Assembly (NCBI GenBank): GCA_963924565.1
Contig: OZ004609.1
Location: forward strand, 24,304,001 to 24,368,000
Length of the DNA: 64,000 nucleotides
Direction of reading: 5' to 3'
Source: Ascidiella aspersa
Lineage: Eukaryota
In this document: positions 40,301 through 51,587 of the stretch, piece after piece
How the letters are laid out: each line of letters opens with the position of its first letter
How positions within the stretch are numbered: position 1 is the stretch's first letter
Translations under genes and position numbers: made by a program
The notes under the pieces: model-generated
Told to the model about the DNA's origin: nothing
The model's input: only the letters and a program-made list of their open reading frames with translations
Database searches by the model: none

Positions 40301-43300
40301 GATCGCTCCTTCCTCCTCAATGACGAACTTGTCGTGCCAGTCGGCCTTTCTGCCGTGGGCGTAGGCACGCTCGAATGCTTCACGCTCCTGTGGTGTCCCT
40401 TCAACAAGAAATCGCACGCAATTGCTTTTAAAACGGGATTTTAAACTGTTCGAGACAACAGGCACAAAACATTACTCTCCAGGAATTGATGGAGTAGAAC
40501 CATCTAAATTGTAATTAATTTCCATATACGCAGCTAATATATTTCGATTTTGGCAATGACTGCTTTAAAACACCTAACTATTTTATTTTACTTTTCAATA
40601 GTTGATTCAATTTTAATATTTGATACTTTTTTCTGGAGGTATTTTACCCCAGCGTTGTAAACTCTGACATAAGTCCCACTAGTTATTTGTCAAATAACTT
40701 AAGTCCAAGTTATGTTATTTTTGACAAATAACAGCCAGTCAAAGTTATTGCCAAAGCCATACATGTAATTTGCATTAAAAGTTAATGCTGTCTCTATTCA
40801 GAGCAACTTATTTTGCAGAGAAAATGTTAAAAAATGAAACTAACTTAATTATTTTTTTATTCTTAAACCTAATTTAACTAAAATGTATTCAATTAAAGCC
40901 CTTGAATTTAAGTCCAAGTCATGTCATTTGTCCAAATAACTTTATGTCAAGTTGTCCCAAAATTATTGAACTTAAGTCAAGTAATTTTAAACGACGAAGG
41001 CTTTACCTTCTTTGTATTTGTACTCGTCGGTGACGTCATGTCTTTCGTCAGAGCCCACCGCCTTGGTGCTGATGTTACGACCGACGTCACGTAAGGCGCG
41101 CTTAAGCAGTCCATTCACTTCTCCCGATTTGTCCACTGACCAGGTCAGCACGTCAGCGTTTACCTTAAATCGAGCGAAAATTTTCTTACGAAATTAAAAA
41201 AAAATAATTCACTTTACAGCAACTGCCAATTAGTATTTTTAATTCTGTCGTGTGTATCGCAATAAATTTTCTGTGGTTCATTGGCGTTTCTAATCTATAG
41301 ATGGACGTTACATAGATTAAAGTTATTGAGAAACTAAAATTATTGTTGATGAAGCCTACTTTGTTTAGGTATGACGTCGATGCACTTGACTTATTTGGCA
41401 TCAGCTTTTCACGAAGATCCTTTAAACTGTTCCCCCGCCAATTTTAAACAAATAATGTTATTCCGCTATATTCACACCTCGCTGAAGAGGAAGTTGGTGT
41501 CGTATCCGACGTAGATCTCGCCATTCTTTACCGCCTTCACGGGCGCAGGGCCGCACTGCATCAGTCCGCTGCTCACCTCCTGCGGAGTAGCGTCCACCGC
41601 CTGCCAGCCGTCGTAACCTAATGCATCACAATTTTTTAGAATTTTTTTTAGAAAGTACAAACAACTTACATAAGGTATTGTCACTGCAAAACAGAAAAAC
41701 TTCAGTATTTTTTTAAGAGTATGGAGGTATCCTTATTAACAACAATAGGTTATTAAAACGCAAAAATGCGAATTCGGCCAGGAATATCAAACTTTTTTCG
41801 TCCTAATGTACCGTTCAATTAACATAATAATTATTTTTATTTTTCGCTTAAAGTTGTACTTAGAGAATGCAGCTGTAGGCTAATATTTATAATTTCTTTT
41901 TTATAAACAGTACGAGGCAACGCAAAAGCAAATAACATTAAACTAGAGTGACAAGAAGTGTAATGCAGGAAGCCCAAAATCTGACGACACTACCCTCTTG
42001 TTTTCATATACGCCAAGCGTCCCACTACTACCTTTGGGCAAGTCTGGCCGCTTAAAGTATCCCTCATTCCAGACGTGAAAGTTCCAGATCGAGTCGTATT
42101 GATCGACTAAGTCCACCTCCTCGCCGTCCTCGCCGATGAACTTGTCGATGGTCATGTTGAACTGGGTGTCGTGCGCCGAACGGAAGTTTGTGATTGGGCG
42201 AGCGGCGATGCCAATGGCGCGGAGCACTGGCGAAATATAGAAGCGTTATTCCATATTTTGCGTTATTACAACTGAGGTTTTTTTTTGGACAGAAGTGAAA
42301 AAATCCACCGAGAGGCGCCGAAATGCCAAACGTTGAATATCACACACAAATGTCAATTGCTATAATAAATCTTATTCAGGTCTATTTACGTTATCACCTT
42401 ATCACATATTAACACTAACGCCGGAAAGCACGACCGAAGTCACCAAGAAAAAGTGAAATGTCTTGTTGTTTATTCCACACGAACCTGAATTCTAGCAGTT
42501 TATTTAAAAGTTGAAAAATTCTCTGAAAAAAGTTTAATTTTACAGTAGTTGAGAATCGGTTAGCTGCACATTGTTCAATTTCCCAATACCTGTAGTGAGC
42601 AGACCGGAGAAAACCCAGCACTGTCCAAACTTGACAGGCTTGTCAGTGCTGTTCCACTGCTTAAGGATCTTTACACTTCCGTTCCAAAAGGTCGGACTCT
42701 TTCCGTCTTCATACTTTCCACTCCAGTTGCCCCAGAGAACGCCGTCGTCGTCATTAACATTCACCTATAAATTCGAAAGATAAAGCAATGTGATTTTGTT
42801 GTTCACAATGCCCGGCAAATCCATGCTATGTTTGCACGAATTAGTAGGATCCAAACCGCAACCTTATTGCCGATATTGACGAAAGTTTAACAAAAGCGTA
42901 ACAATTCAGTTGTTGTTTCCTCAAAGCACTTATGCTTACGTCATTGCTTTTAGATATATACGTAGTACTGCTGGCGAACATTAGACCGCGAAAACAAACT
43001 CTTCAAAGAGTTTTGATTTTACCTAAGCGATATTATATCAGCAAATCGGTTCCGAAGTTAAAACATTGAACTTATTTGTCCACTTTTATACACGGGTATT
43101 GTTTGCTGTGCAGTCCGTGAACATCTTGATCCTCTCGGGTGCGAGCTTACCATTGCGGAAAGGACGCGGCTGCAGTAACTGGGCGACGACCTCTTTCTTA
43201 GGCTCTTCTCCGGGTTCTTTTGCGCTCTGCCATCCTTGCGCAGCATCTTAAGAGCGATGTCGAGAATACCCTCTTCGAACTGGCCGAAGAGCCAGTCCCT

Positions 43301-46300
43301 TTTTCCGATCCTGTAGTACGAACCAACGAAGATGCAACCCCGGTCGTTCAGCACGTACTCGTTGCGATCGGCAGAGTTTTCCATGTAACAGTCGTCGGCT
43401 GTAAGTAAAAGTTTTACTTGAATAGTTCGTCGAATTCTTACAAAGGAAGGTAAACACGGAGTTAAAGTTACAACATGAAGGCGTACCAAGGGACGATATA
43501 CTTTACTGGAAAGGGTTAATCTGACAAAATCGGTATTGACATTTAGACAAGTTAAAATACCCTTAACGACATAATTGATGGTCGTGAACTTGCAATCATT
43601 AGGAAAGGTCAATTGCCAAATCAAATGTCTGTAACAGTACAGAATAGATCTATCAACCCACATATGCGACCTTCATTTTTAGAAATACTTTAATGTTGCT
43701 CTGAATATTGACCTTTTAAAAACTACGATCATTTAACTAAGTTTGCAATTAGCCACTACGGTTATTCGGTGATATTCGTTTTATCGCTAGAAATGCCTTG
43801 ATTTATTCGCATACCGACTCCAAAATAGCGAAGTCATATATTGTTCATTTATTGTTTTTTACTTTTCTGCTTACCCGGACTGAATGGGTTGAAGATGACG
43901 ATGACGTCAGGTCTGCTGGTAGTTTCGGTTTTCTTTCCATCCTCGAGTTCGCTTGTGACGCGAACCGAAAGCTTGTAGCGGCCGATCAGTGCCTCTGCCG
44001 GGACGTTGACATCAACGCTTATCTAAACAAAACATTCATTGCAAAAATAAATCAAGGAAAAATGGCAATTTTGCAGTGCATCAATGTTGCCAACTGGGCT
44101 TGTTCGGTGTATAGCGGTTCGTTGTGGCCAAATAGATGCTCACCCAGACGTTAAAAAACATATTTTTATCAAGTTGATTTTAAGCTTTACAAAAACACAT
44201 TGATGCCTTAAATCGCTTTTGGACGTAGTTGAATCCGTTGGATGTGCTATGCTTAAAATCTTGTTTTTAAAAATCTACCTTCTTGTTTTCAGCATCCTGA
44301 TCCATTAACATGGAAGTCCACTTGCTTCCTTGAAGCGAGTCCTTGACGGGAACCTTGATCAAAGTTCCTGCTGCATACTTGGGTTTTTCACCTGAAAGGT
44401 AAAATCAATGTCTTTTTAATTCTTTTAACCTCGAGGATCATCTATAGCCAGGAACACCGGTGATAGTTTTTAATTCTTATTAATATTTGCAGACGTGCCA
44501 ATTGGATACAGGTATTTTGAAATATTGCGAATAGTCTAACGTTCGTTGTATTTAGCTCGAATGTTCAATAGTGAATTGCGAAACAAGTAACAACGATTAT
44601 GGCCAACTAGTTTACTTTTTAAGGTAAATATGACTGCGCTTTGTTTTACAGGCTATCAGCATTCCGGACATATTTACTGATAACCGACCAAGCACCGACG
44701 CTGTCCGCTTTATTTATTGTGTTTATTTCGGCATCAATCTTTTGGTTTTTAATGCTATTCTTAGGAGATGTCCGCCTTGGGCAAACAATTTAAAACATAT
44801 TTTAGTACATTGGTGAACCTCCAAGTAGTTAGAAGACATCGTAAAATGCGCGGTACATGTTGTAACGATTTTCATTTGAGCTTACATTCTTTTGAATGAT
44901 AGAAAAGTACATTTAACGCCCATAAATGAACGTTTTGACATGTAAATGAATGTCATACTTGTCATACTTATGACGCGAAGCCTTTTAAAGTTGTACAGTC
45001 ACTTTCCTCAAGCGATCGTGACAGAAAACATTTCATATTGTTGCAACTTGCAACACAGTAGCTTCAACGGACAATAACGCATGCTAAGGCTTTCGAGTTT
45101 GCCCAAATCTTATTCTAATTTGGAGAAATAAATACAACCGAAAGAGACCAATAGCTGGTGCGTGCAGTAAACTATCGGGATTGTGCTGTGACGAACAAAG
45201 TCGTACGTTTGCCAAAAGGAAAGACGCTTGTCCTTATTTTACCGCATGCATTATATTCAATAATACACAATACAATTAACGGATGGACGTTTGACAGCAC
45301 TTTGCACTTTTTTAATAAATGGTAAACGTTTCTATTTATATGGCGCCACATAAACCGACAATGGAGGGCGTAAAGTTTATTGTCGTTCAACAGGATGGCG
45401 AAATCGTAAACGAATTAAAGCTAAATCGTATGGTGATGTATGCGTGTATGCGTGTGACTGTATGCTTTTGCACGTGACTCATTACGTGCACTGCATAAAC
45501 GAAAATAAAATGTCAAAAACCAATATTTTTGGATTATTTTTATTTCCTGATTACTTTGGATCAGTTTGCAATGGCTCCAACCTATTAGTTTAATTTTTAA
45601 AGGCACTCGTGGTTTGCATAGGCTGGCATTAACGCTTATCTACTTGTTTTACAAGAAGATTAATTTTACGACTGTGGTACTGTTTCACGATCTATGAATT
45701 CTGAGTTTTGTCTCGAAGAAGCCCAGATGGAAATTTTCGAATTTTAAACCTTTAGTTATATTGCAAGCGAATCTACAATCCTCAAGTCTGCGGGTTTTTT
45801 GTCAAAACAAGTTACGACTTGTGTTGGTTTGGCTGGAGCCTGTATTCCTAGGTTTGATTTTGGAAAATTCAAGATAGCTAGGAACGCTTGTGATTTACAG
45901 GAGTTCCTACACTAGTTTCGGAACTCAGCCTATGGTGAAATAAAAATGTAAACCGGGCTACATTTGATTTGTGGCAAACGCTTGTAAATGTAATAAAAGT
46001 TTGTCACCTAATTGTTTTTTTCAACGAATCAACACCATCAACCAGTTGTAAACATTTGTGCTATTGCACTTTCGGAGGTTTATACGGTTTAGGATTAAGT
46101 TTGTGTCTTGTCTGTATCGAAAAAGGTATACTTGTTTTATAAGGTGCAAAAATATGTTGTTACACATCATTTCCTCTTTTGGTTCTCTGGGAAACTACGT
46201 CATAACAATAATAAACAAAGGGTTTAGTGGCGCTTGTTGTTGCGGACGTATACTTCCGATAAAAGGCACATTAATCGCGGGTAGGGATACCCTAGAAATG

Positions 46301-49136
46301 TTTTATACCTATACCCGATATTTTCAGCAAAAAGTAAGCCTATATGACCGTCCGATGTCAATATACATTGACAAAATACCCAACTGAATAAACTCACAAC
46401 GTACAAATGAAATGTTAAAAAAAAATTGTTTGGCGGTAAAAAGTTATAGGTTACTTTACTTTAGATGGTTAATTCACAATTTGTTAAGAAATTTACATTT
46501 TTATGGTAAAAACTTTTCGTTGACTCATAGGCTTAAAATGCACAAGTAAATATGATGCTGCAACGGCACCGGTAGGACCCTAGATCAGACAAGTACTACA
46601 CTACCACTTGGCATAGAATATCGCCTCCGAACCGATGTTATCGGACATCCCCAAACGTCCGATCCCTAAGACGAAAATCCAGACGAAAATTATACGCCAA
46701 AACGAAAATTCAATTTCCCACAAAAGTCGCGCCAAACACACGTAAAACATTTAATTTCTCTTGTGCAGCAAACACATGAGCGCCACGTTTCGCCGGCCAC
46801 TTCGACAACACAACTGCCACTTACCGATGGAAAACTCGAGAACTATTTGGTCCTTGGCCGGCAAGTAGGCGCGATTCTTAAACAGGATGTCAAGGCTGAA
46901 ACGCTCAGCGCGTCGGATCACCAGGCTGTTGTGGATGTACCTGTCGGTCCGGTGAGAAATCGTGTTCTTTGCCTTCAGGTAGTCCAGCTTCAGCACTTGC
47001 AGCACGTCGCCTTAAAACAGCAGTGGAGCTAACTTAAACCGACCCCAAAACGCAATGCCACGCTTGTGTAGGCTTGTAAAAATCGGTTGCGTTTCATCTA
47101 CTTGTAGTGCTATTTTGGCAAATAAAATTATGCCAGCAGTGTTTGCCGTTTATCGCGGTAAACCGCCTCACAAATATGTCCAGTTGAGCAGAATTTAGCA
47201 AACGTGAATCCATGCTATTTAAAGTATCATTCCTTGGGGAGGTAAAGCCAAGCTTTAAATATATGATGTCACGGTTTAATACAACGCCATCGCTATGTTT
47301 ATATATTCACCTATGTGTAAGAGAAATAAACGGCAAATATTGAAAACACTTAAAGGTATTTAAATACCTGCTGCATTCAAGAATAAAATGTGGTTATTTG
47401 CAAATAACAAACATGTCAAATTACTAACACGCCGCCCTATCAATCTATCGGTAGAATAAAAGTTATGCTCGCAGAGAAAAATATCGCAGCATTCAACCGT
47501 TTAACAGCATAGCAAATGGTTGCAAAATGGTAAAACACTGCAGAGTGCGAATATCTCACTTGGCGAGGGCGCCTTGACTTTGCTGAGCCAGTGCTTCACA
47601 GTAGCTTCGTCCACCTTTTCGTACACATAGCTGTCCAACAGATGGGGGTTGCGGTCGATGTAGTCAACCAGGAATCGAGGGTTATCGTCGAGAAACTCGT
47701 CAACCTCCTCTGGGTCTTTAGAATCTGCAAAGAAAGGAGACATTTTGTTAGTTTGGATGCTAACAACAGAATTGCGCCTAAAAGTTGAAGAAAATTGTGC
47801 CTAAAAGTTCAATATATGCTGATGGTTCGTTTGCAAGCCCGTCCAATTTACGGCCGTTGCCGTTACTTATTAGCTCCTTATAAATGCGCATCCTAGCAAC
47901 AATAACTTGTAACAATACACGGGAATCTATTTGAAAGAGAATTTCGCTTACAGTAAAAATAGGTTGCTTCTATTTCCATGCACAATCTTACCAATCCAAT
48001 AGTAACGTCTGGGCATTTTGATGAGTTTCCTGCCACTTTCACGTTTAAATTAGTTAGTTTTTACTTTTTTGAAGCTGGTATAATATACTGTGGACTCGTA
48101 TTACAAACAAGGTAAGCTGTTTTAAGTAAATTTCATTTAAAATAGAAAACCATTGACGTTTTCGCAATAATATACAATGCACAATGCACATTAAGCTAAA
48201 CAACGGACCAGTACAACACATAATTTATTTGTCTATTTTCTGAATGAGAAACACATAGTTCTACCGTAGACCTTCCCTACAAATGCTACAACTGAAGAAT
48301 ATCGTCTGCTGTTCACAGTGAAGAAGTGATAAGTTACGAACAGCCGTCCGTGGTGAATAAGGTTAATGTGTTTTCCCTTGTGGCGATGTGACAACGCAGA
48401 AAGCAAGCGAGGTTCAAGACGCTGTGATGACAATCTTTATTTGTGCGATTGTATCAGTCTCAAATAGCACTCATGTAAGCGCGGGAACTTAATACTGTTT
48501 GAGTTGTGGAAACAAGAACAGCAAAGCCAACCCATTGCAGAAAAGCTTTCTTAATAGGGCACCGCTGTATGTTTTTGGCTAAGCTTGTATCCGGGTATAA
48601 CGCGCGAACAACAATACAGTCTAGACGTGGGTGCGGTTGTTATATATTTTATCGGGGGGTATATTTTCAGGGCTTTGTATTTATTTTATTTTAAGTTATA
48701 AATTTCAAAACAAAAATTTCGGCCCATATAATTAAATGGCATTTTAGGTTTTAAGGTCCGTTTGCACTACAGCTGCGCTGAGCTGAGCTGGGCGTAAAAA
48801 TCGCTCCGAAACGTAACGTTTTTCTATAGCTGCACTGGGCTTGAGTTTAGCAAAGAGTGAAAAGTTTGAAACAATAGAATTTGAAACAAACTACTCTTTG
48901 CTGAGCTCAGTGCAGCTGTAGAAAAAAACGGGCCTTTAGGTATAATACGGTGTAACCAGTGTAAAGTCGTTTGATCAGAGAATTCATTTGGGGCGCTTTG
49001 CTTCCATTAAAAATACATCTAAATCCAGCAGTTAAATGAATAAAAAGCAATACTTAAGTCACCCGCCTTTATCAAATGAAATATCTAAAGAATATGTGTT
49101 ACCTTCAACTTTTTCTTTTCCGATCTCGTTTCCCAT
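37392..49136 (-). CDS. Transglutaminase paralogue C, 15 coding exons, apparently intact
   Basis: First coding exon 49136-49103 [11 protein letters not shown]; exon 2 47724-47560; exon 3 47010-46825. [10 protein letters not shown] (Cys codon 42618-42620), WNFHVWNE and [10 protein letters not shown] are present. The last exon reads GPIAAGETY...KSVNVE* ending at 37392. Confidence 0.92.
40650..40990. repeat. GACTT/AAGTC-rich dispersed repeat (TG-C intron)
   Basis: Repeated ACTTAAGTC(C)AAGT / TTTGTC(C)AAATAAC units, similar to the reverse complement of 23098-23260. Confidence 0.5.
48754..48935. mobile_element. PIF/Harbinger (Tourist-like) MITE in TG-C intron 1
   Basis: Inverted termini AGGTCCGTTT..CTACAGCTGCGCTGAGCT / AGCTCAGTGCAGCTGTAG..AAACGGGCCT, with a 3-bp TTA on both flanks (48751-48753, 48936-48938). 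Confidence 0.7.
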
Positions 49137-51587
49137 GATTATCTGCTTTCAGTTACTTTATGAGTTAGTGTCAGTAAACCTGAGCTGCAAAACCAGAAAC
49201 AAGTTGCTGCTTAGTTATATTCAATGCTTTTGCAAAAGAATTAATACAATCACAGCCTAAATATTTTTAACTTGCTTTCACTAAAATGTCACAGTTGAGC
49301 GCTGGATTTTAATCAGCACGTCAAAATGTTTAACTCAACACAAGTTTTGGCTCGGAGTGTTTAACAAACATGCTCGTTGTCTGCGACGAATTCGCACTGA
49401 AAGCGCCAAGACGTGCAGTTATTAACGACAACAAGATGCTGGTTCATAGCACGTGATGTGCTACGTCGTTCCGTTATTTTTGCCACTAGCTTCCTTCCAC
49501 CAGCATACAATGCGCAAGGGATTAGGGTATCCCCAACTAATGAGCTGCTAGCCCTCTTCAAAGTGCTTAATTGAAACACCACAAGTTGCGGAAGTCTGTG
49601 ACCGCTGTTCCTAGTATTAACGAAATCATGTTCCTAGTATTAATGACATAAAATACAGCCACGGAATTTACGCGAAAAATCACCTATATAGCTTTTTTGT
49701 ATTTCTGAATTTGTATCTGACTCAGTCAAACAAGATAAAATAAAATTCGATCGTTAACAAAGCGAAACCAGTAAACAACTTCGTGACCGCAAGCTGTACT
49801 TCGAAACACGGCGCAGTGAGAAAAGTGTAACTGCAAGTGAACAACACAGACTGAACTTACGGGTGCTTGTAATCAGCACCAGCACTGTATCTGACATCGT
49901 TATGTGCAGCGAAACGTTTTTCGCAACTACTATTTAGGTCGCGTTTACACTTAATTCTGGCATGCCTCACAGGCATTGCATCTGACTTGTAATAGATTTA
50001 GCATCGCGCGAATTGAAACATGGTAAATACGGCATTCCACCCATCTTTCTGTCGTTTTATCATCTAATTATCGCCTTATTGGTGGAACAAGTGGTGCAAG
50101 TTGTAATTAGCACAAAACAGCCAGATTGAATACCTGCGTTGGATGTAATCGCAAAGTATTTAAGCTATAATTCACCTAATCATACTTGGTATGCTACACA
50201 CTATGTATCACATAGTTCGGTGCTCCGACAATTTGCGGAAGTGATCAAAACGCAGGAAATAGCTTCTGCATAACACGTCGATTCGTCAGCTGTCGAAACA
50301 TTGTCAGTAAATTCACGGCGCTGTGTATGAAAAAGCACCGTACTTGGCGTACTGTTAGGCCTAAGATCAGTAGGCTTAAGTCGTGACGTAGCCCTATAAA
50401 GAGCCACAGGCAGAACTATACTGCCGCTATCTATTGCTAAGCTTACACCGTATTCAGCACAGAGGTAACTCGAGGACGCTAACATACCTAAACTAACTAG
50501 AAATCGCTTGTTATCTCCGCTAAAAAGGCTGTAGTTTTTGCAGTTTGACTATGTCATTTGTACATTCACACTGATAGAAATTGTAGTATCGTTTAAGACT
50601 GTTCGTTAATCATAAACGCTTTTACACAGCCTTTTTCGACTACGATGGCAACTGGGCGTGCTTTCTGCATATCACCACATACCGCAGTGCAACGAGCAGT
50701 TTACGTTTTTCCAATATGGCTGCGGTACGTTGCCTTGCCCGCGTTTCCTAATGTTGCTGCGTCAGCCGCACTCTGTCCTACAGTAGCTGATGTATATAAC
50801 TGAATCGCTGGCACCAAACGGCTTGTCATGTGTGTATATAGCGAATCCCCGCACCGAAATGATTACTGGACTGTGTAGGCTTGTCCAGGCATTGTCTACA
50901 ATGAAACCTGACCATATGTTGTTTTTACCGGTTGCGTCAATATTTACAAATATTTGTGTTGTACGCTGAAAATGCAAATGCACCCAGTAGTGGCATTTCC
51001 TATTGTTTACTAAGAAATGTTAATGTAAAAATTGGTATTCATGGGGGTTCAAATAATAAAGTACATAATTTTAAGTCATTCTGTATGCCCTTGACCAATC
51101 TAAGGCAATGATTTTTAGACCCACGACACCCATAGACATAGTAAGGTAAAGATTTACAGGTAAAATTTATGATACCTTTTTGGCCATCATGAGCCATTAA
51201 GGTACTTAAATAGCAATTAAGCATCATAAGGTGTAACTACGGGAGTGCGGGTGTAATTTAAGCCTCGCTTGTTCCTTTAATTAACATGACTGGCTAGCCT
51301 GTCATAATAGAATGGCTACGACACACATTTACAAAAAAAACATCTTAACGCCTATATATTAGGAATTAAACCTTTCTCAAAATAAAGTTCTACAAATATA
51401 CATGTCAAACGCGAAATATCATTGTATGCGATACTTGCTAAAATTCAGTTTTACTGGGTATCAAGCAGTGTTGTTATGATTTTAGTGAATGACTTCGCTT
51501 GTAATGACTTTAGTCAAAGACTTAAAAACAATTTCCTAGCTATCTGCTGCGTTTTTGTTATTTTTTATTGCTCATATTCAGACAAGT

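Noticed and set aside
39809-40444. 211-aa plus-strand ORF
   Set aside because: Antisense to a TG-C exon and intron, with low-complexity composition and no splice or motif support.
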